The notes beneath the pieces were generated by a model. It had not been told where the DNA came from. It worked only from the letters and a program-made list of their open reading frames with translations, and made no database searches. Source: Rhodospirillales bacterium (GTDB lineage Bacteria > Pseudomonadota > Alphaproteobacteria > Reyranellales > Reyranellaceae). From it: DNA of 32,000 bases. The translations under genes were made by a program, and so were the position numbers. Shown here one piece after another: positions 15,085 through 24,219 of this stretch. The stretch spans positions 15,788 to 47,787 of the forward strand of contig JACPOB010000091.1 of NCBI GenBank assembly GCA_016185145.1. The letters are read 5' to 3'. Within the stretch, counting starts at the first letter, position 1. Each line of letters starts with the position of its first letter.

Positions 15085-17380
15085 CGTGACGGTCGGCTCT
15101 CTCGCTTCCGTCCTCCTGCTGGTCGAAGGGCGCGTTCAAGGCGTCGGCTTTCGCCCCTTCATCTGGCGATTGGCGCGAGATCACCGTCTGGCCGGCTGGG
15201 TGCGCAATGACGGCGCCCATGTGCTGATACGCCTGGAAGGAACCGAACAGGAGATCGCTGTATTTTCCCGGCAGCTGGTCGACGGATCGCCTCCCCTGGC
15301 GCGGCCTCAGCTGACCTCGATCAAGCCGCTCGCCTGGGAGGGCTATGCCGACTTCTCGATTGAGCCCAGTGTCGTTGGCGAATCCGCCGCCGCGTCAATT
15401 CCACCGGATCACTTTGCCTGTCCCGAGTGTCTGGCGGAGCTGCGTGATCCGTCGATGCGGCGATATCGTTATCCCTTCATCAACTGCACGCAGTGCGGTC
15501 CCCGATACACGATCATCGACTCCCTTCCTTACGACAGGCCCAACACGGCCATGGCTCCGTTTCGGATGTGCGCCGCCTGCCAAGCCGAATATGAGCGTCC
15601 CGAAGATCGCCGCTATCACGCCCAACCGCTGGCCTGCGCCGAATGCGGGCCCAGGCTGCAGTTCGTCACAAACGATGCCTTATTGTCCGACAGTTCTCTC
15701 GACGGCGAGGCGGCCCTCGGCGCAGCGATCTCGTGTCTGCGTCAAGGCCTCATCGTCGCCGTCAAGGGCATCGGCGGATTTCATCTCTTGTGCGACGCGA
15801 AGGCGGAGGCGACCGTCCAGCGCCTTCGGCAGCGCAAGCGGCGGCCACAAAAGCCGTTGGCAGTAATGGTGAAACAGAGCGGGCCGGACGGCTTGCAATA
15901 TGCGCGAGCGGTGGCACGGCTGTCAGAGGTGGAGGCGGCGGCTCTGGTCGATCCTATGCGACCTGTAGTCATCGCGACAAAGGGACAAGAGGTACTCGCG
16001 CCATCCATAGCGCCGGGGCTTGGCGAAATTGGCCTACTGTTACCCTACAGCCCTTTGCACGCGCTGCTGCTTGACGAATTCGGCGGCCCGCTTGTTGCCA
16101 CCAGCGGCAACTGTTCAGGCGATCCGGTGGAGATCGACGAGGGCTCGGCCGTCAAGCGGTTGGGCGACGTCGCGGACGCCTTTCTCATCCACAACCGACC
16201 GATCCGGCGGCCGGCTGACGATCCGGTGTGCCGGGAGATTGCCGGGCAGGTCCGGCCCTTGCGTTTGGGACGTGGCAATGCGCCCTTGCAGCTTGGACTG
16301 CCGGCACGGCTCGAGCGCCCGCTCTTGGCGGTCGGTGGTCACATGAAGAGCACGATTGCGCTGGCATGGGCCGACCGGGCCGTCGTGTCGCCCCATATTG
16401 GTGACCTCGGATCACCGCGAAGTCAGTCACTGTTTGTGGACGTTGTGCAGGGCGTGCAGAAGCTGTTTGGCATTCGGGCGCAAGCGATGGTCTGCGATCT
16501 CCATCCTGGCTACAGCTCCACGCGCTGGGCTCGCCGCAGTGGGCTGCCGGTGATCGCCGTCCAGCATCACCGCGCACATGCCTCGGCCTTGGCAGGCGAG
16601 CACGCGCGCGCCTCCGACATGCTGGTGTTCACGTGGGATGGCTTAGGCATAGGAGACGACCATACGCTGTGGGGTGGTGAGGCATTCTTCGGCACGCCTG
16701 GTCACTGGCGCCGAGTCGCCTCGTTCCGACCGTTCCGACTGCCGGGTGGAGAACGAGCCGCACGCGAGCCGTGGCGCTGCGCCTTGGGTCTCTGCTGGGA
16801 GGCAGGCATGGATTGGGGCGACGCATCCGCAGAGAGCCGGCTGTTGCGGAGAGCTTGGGAGGCCAACATCAACTGTCCGGCCACGACTTCAGTTGGACGG
16901 CTGTTCGACGCTGCGGCTGCGCTTCTGGGCTTCGCCGGCCGTGCGAGCTACGAGGCGCAGGCAGCGATGTGGCTGGAGGCGCAGGCGAGCCATGCCGAGG
17001 CGACAGCAATGCCCCTGCGAACAGAGGCTGGACTTACAGTCGCCGATTGGGAGCCGCTGATGCGGAGCCTAGCCGATGCCTCCCTTTCGGTCGGTGAGCG
17101 TAGCGCCATCTTCCACGAATCGTTGGCGAGCACCCTCCTGGACCAGGCAACACTGGTCCGTACGACGACCTCGATCCATACCGTTGGGCTGGTCGGTGGT
17201 GTGTTCCAGAACAGGCGGCTGACCGAGCGGGCAGTGCACTTGCTCACGGCAGCCGGTTTCGAAGTATTGCTGCCAACGGCCGTGCCGATGAACGACGCCG
17301 GCCTCAGCTACGGGCAGATCGTCGAGGCGGCAGCCTTGCAAGCAACAGCACCGCGAAGGCAAAGCGCACATGCACGCTGA
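15071..17380 (+). CDS. hypF: carbamoyltransferase HypF
   Basis: Acylphosphatase-like N-terminus (VEGRVQGVGFRPF). Two zinc-finger pairs (CPECLAEL...CTQCGPRYT and CAACQAEY...CAECGP). YrdC-like and Kae1-like regions follow. The start could alternatively be the GTG at 15086. Confidence 0.9.
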   Translation: MNGSSVTVGSLASVLLLVEGRVQGVGFRPFIWRLARDHRLAGWVRNDGAHVLIRLEGTEQEIAVFSRQLVDGSPPLARPQLTSIKPLAWEGYADFSIEPSVVGESAAASIPPDHFACPECLAELRDPSMRRYRYPFINCTQCGPRYTIIDSLPYDRPNTAMAPFRMCAACQAEYERPEDRRYHAQPLACAECGPRLQFVTNDALLSDSSLDGEAALGAAISCLRQGLIVAVKGIGGFHLLCDAKAEATVQRLRQRKRRPQKPLAVMVKQSGPDGLQYARAVARLSEVEAAALVDPMRPVVIATKGQEVLAPSIAPGLGEIGLLLPYSPLHALLLDEFGGPLVATSGNCSGDPVEIDEGSAVKRLGDVADAFLIHNRPIRRPADDPVCREIAGQVRPLRLGRGNAPLQLGLPARLERPLLAVGGHMKSTIALAWADRAVVSPHIGDLGSPRSQSLFVDVVQGVQKLFGIRAQAMVCDLHPGYSSTRWARRSGLPVIAVQHHRAHASALAGEHARASDMLVFTWDGLGIGDDHTLWGGEAFFGTPGHWRRVASFRPFRLPGGERAAREPWRCALGLCWEAGMDWGDASAESRLLRRAWEANINCPATTSVGRLFDAAAALLGFAGRASYEAQAAMWLEAQASHAEATAMPLRTEAGLTVADWEPLMRSLADASLSVGERSAIFHESLASTLLDQATLVRTTTSIHTVGLVGGVFQNRRLTERAVHLLTAAGFEVLLPTAVPMNDAGLSYGQIVEAAALQATAPRRQSAHAR

Positions 17381-18389
17381 ACTCGACAAGCTGAGGCGCG
17401 ACCTGCTCGAACAGTCGGTGACGTTGGCGCATGGCAACGGCGGGCGCCTCACCCGCGAGCTGGTGGACGGAATCTTCGCCTTCCACCTACGTGGCGACAC
17501 ATCAGTCGATGCGGCCCCGCTCAAGCCGGTCGATGGAGAGCTCGTCATGACGACAGACGGCTTCATCGTCGAGCCGCTGGAATTCCCCGGGGGAAGCATC
17601 GGGAGCCTCGCTGTCAACGGCACTGTAAACGATCTGGCGGTCATGGGTGCCAGGCCCCTGTACCTCACGCTTAACGCGTTCATTGAAGAAGGGCTCGAGG
17701 TCCGTCTCTTGGATCGATTGATCGCCGATGCCGCACAGGCGGCCGGCGCAGCCGGCGCGGCCGTGATCGCTGGCGACACGAAGGTGCTCCGTCAGGGTGA
17801 AGGCAGCGGGCTGTATCTCGGCATGGCCGGGGTCGGCGTGCGTCGGCCAAGCTTGAGGCTCGGCCTAGAACACATTCGAGCTGGAGACAGAGTGCTCGTC
17901 AGCGGAACCGTAGGCGATCATGGCGCGGCCGTGCTGCTTGCCCGGCAGGATTTTGGGTTGGCCGGCCATTTGCGCTCCGATTGCGCGAGCGTCCTCGAAG
18001 TGGCGATGGCGCTTCTCGGCATTCGAGGTCTTCGGTTCATGCGCGATCCTACACGCGGAGGCCTTGCGACTGTCGCCCACGATATTCTTCGCGGAACTGG
18101 CTGTGGCGTTCAGCTCTACGAGGCGGGAATTCCCGTAAGCGAGGCGGCCAGGGGCATCTGCGAGATGCTCGGTTTTGACCCGCTGATCTTGCCAAGCGAA
18201 GGACGTCTGATCGCCGTCGTGGCGGCTGATACCGCAGCGAGCGCGTTGATGGCGATGCGACGGCATGGGTGTCCGGACGCTGCCATTGTCGGCACCGTCA
18301 CAAGCGATCCCTACGTTGCGCTCAAGACCGAACTGGGCGAACGCCTTATCGAGGAGTTGGAGCACGACCCCTTGCCGAGGATCTGCTGA
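17370..18389 (+). CDS. hypE: hydrogenase maturation protein HypE
   Basis: LAHGNGG near the N-terminus, a PurM-like fold, and a C-terminus ending PRIC. Overlaps hypF by 11 nt. Confidence 0.9.
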   Translation: MHAELDKLRRDLLEQSVTLAHGNGGRLTRELVDGIFAFHLRGDTSVDAAPLKPVDGELVMTTDGFIVEPLEFPGGSIGSLAVNGTVNDLAVMGARPLYLTLNAFIEEGLEVRLLDRLIADAAQAAGAAGAAVIAGDTKVLRQGEGSGLYLGMAGVGVRRPSLRLGLEHIRAGDRVLVSGTVGDHGAAVLLARQDFGLAGHLRSDCASVLEVAMALLGIRGLRFMRDPTRGGLATVAHDILRGTGCGVQLYEAGIPVSEAARGICEMLGFDPLILPSEGRLIAVVAADTAASALMAMRRHGCPDAAIVGTVTSDPYVALKTELGERLIEELEHDPLPRIC

Positions 18390-18392
18390 GCG

Positions 18393-18800
18393 TCATCGAG
18401 GCGACTGTCCCAGCGACTCCAACTTGGCCTGTAGCGTATCGGCTGCTTCCGCCGCTTCCGCGATGGTGGCCGCAAGAAGCGTCGGCACCAAAGCCACCTC
18501 GATTGCGGAACCGAGATGATTGCCGCCGTCGTTCGCATGGTCGAGCCACCAGACGGCGGAGAACGCCGTCTCCTCAATCCTCGTTAAGCCGAGCGCATGC
18601 ACTTCGATTGACACTTCGCCCTTCCCAAGGCCGCCGCGGAGGGCCGTCAAGTCGTCCGCCGTGAGCGGCAGGCGTCGCAGATCGACCGTCACCGCTTGGC
18701 CAGTGGCAGCCAGGGCGCGCAAACCGGCGACGACTTCGTTCAGGATCGCAGCCACCATGGGGGAAACCCCACCGTTTCCAAATGGCGAGGTTGTGCTCAC
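18393..18800 (-). CDS. hydrogenase accessory protein, single HupH_C-like (HyaF/HoxQ C-terminal) domain
   Basis: LPLTADDLTALRGGLGKGEVSIEV...RIEETAFSAVWWL resembles the HupH/HyaF pattern L..LG.GEVS....I.ET.F.GVW. GTG start with RBS GGGAGGG. Its stop is only 3 nt from the hypE stop (convergent). Family assignment is from memory. Confidence 0.6.
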   Translation of the reverse strand: MSTTSPFGNGGVSPMVAAILNEVVAGLRALAATGQAVTVDLRRLPLTADDLTALRGGLGKGEVSIEVHALGLTRIEETAFSAVWWLDHANDGGNHLGSAIEVALVPTLLAATIAEAAEAADTLQAKLESLGQSPR

Positions 18801-18860
18801 CTTAGCCCTCCCTGAAACTCCAACCGGAAAACGCTGAAGAACTCATCGCCCGCCGGACAT

Positions 18861-18874
18861 TTGAGGTACATCAA
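18861..18874. promoter_or_regulatory. FNR/FixK-type box TTGAGGTACATCAA
   Basis: Perfect TTGA-N6-TCAA. Its centre is about 67 nt upstream of the GTG start of the HupH_C-like gene (18800, minus strand). Confidence 0.6.
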
Positions 18875-18973
18875 GGCCGCTGCCGGGTCTCCATGGCGTG
18901 TTTCCTTATAGCACGGTGTGGCTGTGGCAGTACGCCAAACCATGTTGAGCTAGACAAGGAAGGGAATCTCAAA

Positions 18974-19300
18974 GTGCTGATCCCCCACCTGCTGCAATGG
19001 ACGTTAACTCTGATCGAGTTGCTGGGTGTCGGCGTGATCGTTGCGGCTGTAGTCATGTCTACAGTCTTCTTCGGGAAGCAGGGATTGGCCGTCGGATGGG
19101 AGACAGCCTTCCAAAATACCGCGCCGACCTTGGGCGCGGAATCCGCTGGGCCTTGAGTTTTTGGTTGCCGCCGACATCATCGGAACCGTTGCCGTGACAC
19201 CCAGCTTCCAGAGCCTCGGGGTTCTGTGCTTGATCATTGGCATCTGAACACTGCTGAGCTTCTCACTCGAAGTGGAAATTGAGGGACGGTGGCCGTGGCG
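18974..19300 (+). pseudogene. DUF1622-family membrane protein, decayed (two frameshifts and an in-frame TGA)
   Basis: The reading is spread over three frames: LIPHLLQWTLTLIELLGVGVIVAAVVMS.., then KYRADLGRGI, then LGLEFLVAADIIGTVAVTPSFQSLGVLCLIIGI-TGA(19245..19247)-TLLSFSLEVEIEGRWPW. It matches the DUF1622 pattern as I recall it. The 3' boundary is approximate. Confidence 0.6.
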
Positions 19301-19624
19301 ACGGCACCGTAGCGGAGGCGCAACGGCGCGGTCGATGGACGGTGTTGGTCTACCACACGCACCGACAAGCAGGTGTAACGGTTGCTGCCTGCCGAAATAC
19401 ACAGGGCTTCGCATTTCATCAGCGACCAGAGTAATAGTGCCAGGGCCAGCATCGACCGCCTGAACATGCCCTTCGGCGTGGGCATGTCCTTGCTGGGAGA
19501 CAAGGTGCCGATGGTGGCGGTCCAGCCTATCCAACCAATGGGCGGGACTTGCAGTCTCTTGGCCACTTGCCGGGGCGGAGGCCAGCGCCAGAAGCAGCGC
19601 GAGTGCCGTGCAACGAACTGTCAA
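19004..19624 (-). CDS. putative secreted His-rich protein; only the N-terminal ~100 codons look plausible
   Basis: TTG start and a good signal peptide (MTVRCTALALLLALASAPASGQ). This is followed by HWLDRLDRHHRHLVSQQGHAHAEGHVQAVDAGPGTITL, reminiscent of the start of CusF-like proteins. The expected WPAMTM core is absent. The 3' half of the ORF is antisense to the DUF1622 remnant. Confidence 0.3.
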   Translation of the reverse strand: MTVRCTALALLLALASAPASGQETASPAHWLDRLDRHHRHLVSQQGHAHAEGHVQAVDAGPGTITLVADEMRSPVYFGRQQPLHLLVGACGRPTPSIDRAVAPPLRCRRHGHRPSISTSSEKLSSVQMPMIKHRTPRLWKLGVTATVPMMSAATKNSRPSGFRAQGRRGILEGCLPSDGQSLLPEEDCRHDYSRNDHADTQQLDQS

Positions 19625-19709
19625 TCGCTACCCCCTGCTCACCACCGGGCGCCTCCTTCGACGCTCAGGGCAGTCAGGCACATGGCCGCTAGTTCTTCGG
19701 GCCTGACGA

Positions 19710-20105
19710 ATGGCTCGGCGTCGCAGGCATGTTGTGCTGCTTCTGCTGAATGTCCTTTGTCTCGCCTGGCTTCGGGGACGAGGAGTGGCCATGCGTCCCC
19801 GGACCAGGAACCGTTCCCCCTTGCATATGCTGCTGCTGGCGATTGTCCTTGTCCCCGGGCGCTGCCTGCTGCGCAGATGCTCCTTGGATGGCAGTGAGCA
19901 GACCGACAGCCGCAACGGCTGCGGAGATGCAGCCGCCATCGAGAGCAAGGTGCGTGAGATCGAAAATCTGAGATCGGACCAGCGACTCACGTTCATCCGT
20001 GCGGTCGGCGACGCCGGGAAACTCCTGACCTCGGATCAGCAAAAGATGGTGCACGGCCTGATGCCAATGCCATCGAACGCCCCGATGTCGAAGCCGATGA
20101 AATAG
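19710..20105 (+). CDS. putative periplasmic LTXXQ-like protein; N-terminal extent uncertain
   Basis: The C-terminus AAIESKVREIENLRSDQRLTFIRAVGDAGKLLTSDQQKMVHGLMPMPSNAPMSKPMK carries an LTXXQ-type motif and a Met-rich tail. The 5' two-thirds is codon-aligned antisense to another plausible ORF (19689..20054, minus strand). Confidence 0.35.
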   Translation: MARRRRHVVLLLLNVLCLAWLRGRGVAMRPRTRNRSPLHMLLLAIVLVPGRCLLRRCSLDGSEQTDSRNGCGDAAAIESKVREIENLRSDQRLTFIRAVGDAGKLLTSDQQKMVHGLMPMPSNAPMSKPMK

Positions 20106-20355
20106 ATATCGCTTGAGGGACGACTGCCGCGGCCTACAGCTCGAGGCGATAGCGGCAACGCCAGGCGGAAAGCCGCATCCGTTGATTGCTCATCCAAATC
20201 CGGTGGTTGCAAACTCATCCGGATGGCCGCAAAGGATTCAGATTTTCGCAAATGGCCCCGGGCGCGAAGCCCATGGAATTCGGAAGCGACGGTCTTGGTC
20301 GATCGCTTCCAAGAATGTGCACTTGTGGGGGCGACTATGCGAGCTGGTCGGTAGC

Positions 20356-20727
20356 TTACGTCTTGCTGTCCGGGGGATGCTTCTCGCCATGCGGACCGAT
20401 CGTGCACTTCGACCCGGTCGCTGTCGCATCGTCGATGATGCCGTTTCGATCAACGGTGAAGTTGATCATGCAGTTCCTCGCCTGGAAAAAGACCTGAGAC
20501 TTCGGGCCCGTCACCGCTTGGTTGGTGATCATGTAGCCGATTGCCCTGCCGCCATCGGCTGTAGGGTAGTCGTGATGCGGTTTACCCCAGGATTGGATGA
20601 GATGAGCCGAACTGTGTCCCACCCAGTCGTGGACGTTGAGATCCTTGACGGTTCCCGTCGACATTGGCCCACACGCAGCTAGCGCCATGGTGGCGATCGC
20701 AATGATCAAGGAATTGCTAACTTTCAT
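20356..20727 (-). CDS. hypothetical lipoprotein
   Basis: MKVSNSLIIAIATMALAAC lipobox. RBS GGGAGA 7 nt upstream of the ATG at 20727. No family recognised. Confidence 0.6.
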   Translation of the reverse strand: MKVSNSLIIAIATMALAACGPMSTGTVKDLNVHDWVGHSSAHLIQSWGKPHHDYPTADGGRAIGYMITNQAVTGPKSQVFFQARNCMINFTVDRNGIIDDATATGSKCTIGPHGEKHPPDSKT

Positions 20728-20814
20728 GACTGGGTCTCCCACTTATGCCTCAAGATCGATTGATCAAAAGCAACCAACGATTGCCTAAACATATGCGCCA
20801 CGACAGCCGATGCT

Positions 20815-20828
20815 TTGAGATGGATCAA
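20815..20828. promoter_or_regulatory. FNR/FixK-type box TTGAGATGGATCAA
   Basis: Perfect TTGA-N6-TCAA. Its centre is about 94 nt upstream of the lipoprotein ATG (20727, minus strand). A relaxed match TTGATCAAAAGCAA lies at 20760..20773. Confidence 0.55.
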
Positions 20829-21038
20829 TTCTGTGGCCATAATAATCGGCAGCAATCTGCGCTATGTTGCCAAACGCAACACTACTAGCGGGGGCAAAAA
20901 ACATGCCATTGAGGCATCGTTGTTTCAGTCACAACTCTCATGTCCCAGCTCGCCGTCGGGTCACGATCAGAGTGAAGCGAGTGATGAGAATAGAGATGCC
21001 CTGTGGCAATCAGGGTTTAGGCTTCCTGCATGCGCTCG

Positions 21039-22097
21039 TTAAGCGTCGTCCGGCATGCCTGACCGCGTAGCCCTTAACTGATCATGGGACAGACGAAAGT
21101 AGCTGACGAGTTCTTTCCCGGATTCGTCGCAGCGGGAAAAGGGTGTGCCATGAAATAGGTCGGCAAGGGTTCGATCTCGCAACAACGCGGCGGTGTCGGC
21201 GCTTACCGGGACAATGACCTTATCTTCGGCAGCCATAAGATCCTTGCCAGCCTGCTCGAGGCGATGAGCGATGTTCACGGCATCTCCTACAACCGTGTAA
21301 TTTACACGTCCTGGCGAGCCGATGTTGTCGACGAGAACGGGCCCGGTGTGGATGCCGATCCGGATCCTGATCGAGTGCTTGCCTGCACGCCGTCGTGTAG
21401 CGTTGTCAGCTTTCAAAGCGGAAACGATGGCGAGAGCGGCGCGCACTGCGGAATCAGCCTGATCGTCACTTCCTGAGAGGCTGCCCCACGTCGCCATGAC
21501 GGCATCACCGATGAACTTGTCGATGAGGCCGCCTTCTCGCTCGATGCAGGCTCCGAGGATTGCAAAATGCTGATTGAGCATGTTGGACACTTCGCCCACA
21601 GGCGAACCGCGAGTGATCTGCGAGAAGTGGACGATATCGGTGAACAGCACGGTTACCAGCTGCTTTCGCGAAACCAACGCCGCCTCACCTGCCTGCATGA
21701 TCCGGACAATGAGGCCTTTCGGCACGTATGCGCCAAACGATTTGAGGGCCGCTCGCGCCCGGTCCAGGCTGTAGCCTGCGTGGTCTATCTCGCGGACCCG
21801 CGATGATTGATAGTGGACTTGGTCGAGATCCAGGCGCCCCATCGAGTTTGCAGCTGAGGTGATTGTGCCGATAAGCCTGCTCACGCGGAAACTGATGACC
21901 GCTACCAGCAGGAACGCGAAAGTCAAGGTTGCAGCGCCGACCAGAGCGCCTGTTCCGAGGTTTTGAAAGGGGCCGGTGAACTCATCGACCGGCAGGTATC
22001 GACCGATGAACCCAGGATTCAGGGCCGTAGCCGGAGACGAGGCGATGCACGAACAACCATCGCCGGCCGGAAACCTTGGCAACATGCCCGAGGTCAT
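21039..22097 (-). CDS. class III adenylate/guanylate cyclase with TM and HAMP-like linker
   Basis: A hydrophobic segment (ALVGAATLTFAFLLVAVISF) is followed by a cyclase core (VTVLFTDIVHFS...FIGDAVMATWG...IRIGIHTGPV..GSPGRVNYTVVGDAVNIAHRLE). Only about 60 aa precede the TM segment, so the usual sensor module appears to be missing. Confidence 0.8.
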   Translation of the reverse strand: MTSGMLPRFPAGDGCSCIASSPATALNPGFIGRYLPVDEFTGPFQNLGTGALVGAATLTFAFLLVAVISFRVSRLIGTITSAANSMGRLDLDQVHYQSSRVREIDHAGYSLDRARAALKSFGAYVPKGLIVRIMQAGEAALVSRKQLVTVLFTDIVHFSQITRGSPVGEVSNMLNQHFAILGACIEREGGLIDKFIGDAVMATWGSLSGSDDQADSAVRAALAIVSALKADNATRRRAGKHSIRIRIGIHTGPVLVDNIGSPGRVNYTVVGDAVNIAHRLEQAGKDLMAAEDKVIVPVSADTAALLRDRTLADLFHGTPFSRCDESGKELVSYFRLSHDQLRATRSGMPDDA

Positions 22098-22355
22098 GAA
22101 TATCCCGGTCGAACCACATGCTTGTCGCCGGCTTGTTCCAGATCGCCCGAGGAAACTTCTTGCAAATCAGCGATTGTCGAGACCCTGCAACAGTCGGTGA
22201 TGCTCGGACTTACGCTCATGAAGGGCATCGCCGCTCGGCTCAAACGACGAATTTCGAGCGTTGATCCACCGCCGAGAGCAGGGCCAGTCCCTGCACAGGC
22301 TCCACGCCTCAACCGATAGCTACAACCGAGCCTGGCACCAGGGGCAAAGGCGTGG

Positions 22356-22610
22356 ATGACTGAGTTCTATCCAGAAATCGGGCTCTTCCACATTGTTGCG
22401 GCGATTGCGAGCGGCTGCCTGTTCTTCGTGCACGGGCTTGCGTTCTTTGGAGGCCTACGGTGGGCCATGGCTGCGCGCGCCGAGTGCGTAATGCTCAACA
22501 AGGGTCCCTATCTGTTCGAGGCAATCGATGAACTCCACCGGCTGCACGAGTGCATGGAGGAGCATCAGCACAAGAAGACGCCGCAGCTGCGTCGACTCAA
22601 GAGCTGGTAG
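22356..22610 (+). pseudogene. chimeric ORF: SirB-like membrane protein N-terminus joined to the C-terminal tail of a pyruvate-kinase-like protein
   Basis: MTEFYPEIGLFHIVAAIASGCLFFVHGLAFFGG resembles the first helix of SirB-family proteins. AECVMLNKGPYLFEAIDELHRLHECMEEHQHKKTPQLRRLKSW resembles the extreme C-terminus of a pyruvate-kinase-like family. Both assignments are from memory. Confidence 0.4.
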
Positions 22611-22708
22611 GCGCGCCGATGCTGGGCATGCTGGAACGCTTCCGGGCATGCGTCGCCGGTCAACCCTACCAGACCAAGGTTCGCTTTCGAGTGATCTCAA
22701 CGCCAGGT

Positions 22709-23737
22709 TCACCGACTGAGATCGAGAACAACGCGCCCCTCGATCGCGCCGGCATGCATGCGGGAGAACACATCGTTGATGTTTTCGAGCCGCGCGGCGG
22801 CGACCGTAGCGTGGACCTTGCCAGCGCCGGCAAAAGCGAGCGCCTCCTGGAGATCGAGGCGAGTGCCGACGATCGAGCCCCGCACCGTAACTCCGTTCAG
22901 CACCATGTCGAAGATCGGCAGCGGAAAGCTTCCCGGCGGCAGGCCGGTGAGCGACACCGTGCCGCCGCGCCGGACCATGCCGAGCGCCTGTTCGAAGGCC
23001 TTCGGGGACACCGCTGTGACTAGGACGCCATGCGCGCCGCCGATCTCTTTCTTCAGGAAGGCCGCGGGATCGGTGGTCCTGGCGTTGACCGTCACCGTCG
23101 CGCCAACCCGCTCGGCCAACGCGAGCTTGTCGTCATCGATGTCGACGGCAGCCACGTTGAGGCCCATCTCGCGCGCATATTGAACAGCCATGTGGCCGAG
23201 ACCGCCGATACCAGAGATCACCGTCCAATCGCCAGGCTTGGTATCGGCAACCTTGAGGCCCTTATAGACTGTCAGGCCGGCGCACAGCACCGGCGCGATC
23301 TCAACGAACCCGATGTTGGCGGGGAGATGGCCAACATAGTTGGGGTCGGCGACCACATACTCGGCAAAGCCGCCGTTGACCGAATAGCCGGTGTTGAGCT
23401 GGGATTCACACAAGGTCTCCCAGCCGCCGAGGCAATGCTCGCAATGACCGCAGGCGGTGTAGAGCCATGGCACGCCGACCCGGTCGCCCTCCTTCACATG
23501 CCTGACGCCCGAACCGACGCCTGAGACGAAGCCGACGCCTTCATGGCCGGGAATGAATGGCGGCTTGGGCTTCACCGGCCAGTCGCCCTCGGCGGCATGC
23601 AGGTCGGTGTGGCAGACGCCGCAGGCTTCGATCTTGACCTGGATCTGACCGGGACCGGGCTCCGGCACCGACGCATCTTCGATGGCGAGGGGCTTGCGGA
23701 ACTCACGAACAACCGCGGCTTTCATGGTTCTTGGCAT
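22709..23737 (-). CDS. adhP: zinc-dependent alcohol dehydrogenase (AdhP-like, propanol-preferring type)
   Basis: [14 protein letters not shown], structural zinc site [15 protein letters not shown], and NAD fold ISGIGGLGH. 342 aa. Confidence 0.9.
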   Translation of the reverse strand: MPRTMKAAVVREFRKPLAIEDASVPEPGPGQIQVKIEACGVCHTDLHAAEGDWPVKPKPPFIPGHEGVGFVSGVGSGVRHVKEGDRVGVPWLYTACGHCEHCLGGWETLCESQLNTGYSVNGGFAEYVVADPNYVGHLPANIGFVEIAPVLCAGLTVYKGLKVADTKPGDWTVISGIGGLGHMAVQYAREMGLNVAAVDIDDDKLALAERVGATVTVNARTTDPAAFLKKEIGGAHGVLVTAVSPKAFEQALGMVRRGGTVSLTGLPPGSFPLPIFDMVLNGVTVRGSIVGTRLDLQEALAFAGAGKVHATVAAARLENINDVFSRMHAGAIEGRVVLDLSR

Positions 23738-23923
23738 CGTGGCTTTCCCTTTCGGATCGTGGTTCGGATGACGCTAGCCGCTGACACACCGGATCGTGCG
23801 CCGTCGAGGAAGAGCTGATCGACTCCTAGCCGGCGTCACCGCAGGCGCCGCACGCGCTGGTGCAGGACGTACGGCAGCGCGAGATCGCTACGGCCCATAT
23901 CGCCTCGGCGCGCGTCTGGCGCT

Positions 23924-23937
23924 TTGAGCCACATCAA
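23924..23937. promoter_or_regulatory. FNR/FixK-type box TTGAGCCACATCAA
   Basis: Perfect TTGA-N6-TCAA. Its centre is about 193 nt upstream of the adhP ATG, and no convincing gene lies closer. Confidence 0.45.
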
Positions 23938-24219
23938 TGCAAGTCGCTCCCTCCGGCGCGGAGAAGACCATCGACTTCACGGGCTTCTCCCGCCTCTTCG
24001 TGTCGCTCTGCAGGCAAGTTCGTGCGTCACACGCCCATGACGACCGAGGCCGGCATCACCCGCAGATGGCTTTTCACCCGCCTGACACCAGGCACGTTCT
24101 CGCATAAGCCCGCTTTTCAATGTGCCTTGGCGGCGCTTCCCTGACGCAGGGCGCTGCATTTTGTGGCATCTGGCACCTCTCTAAGTTAACAGGATCGCGC
24201 CAAATGCCATTGCCGATCT

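Noticed and set aside
20760-20773. TTGATCAAAAGCAA, an intergenic half-degenerate box near the lipoprotein gene
   Set aside because: The second half-site is GCAA, not TCAA, and the centre is only about 39 nt from the ATG. It is mentioned as a possible auxiliary site but not called.
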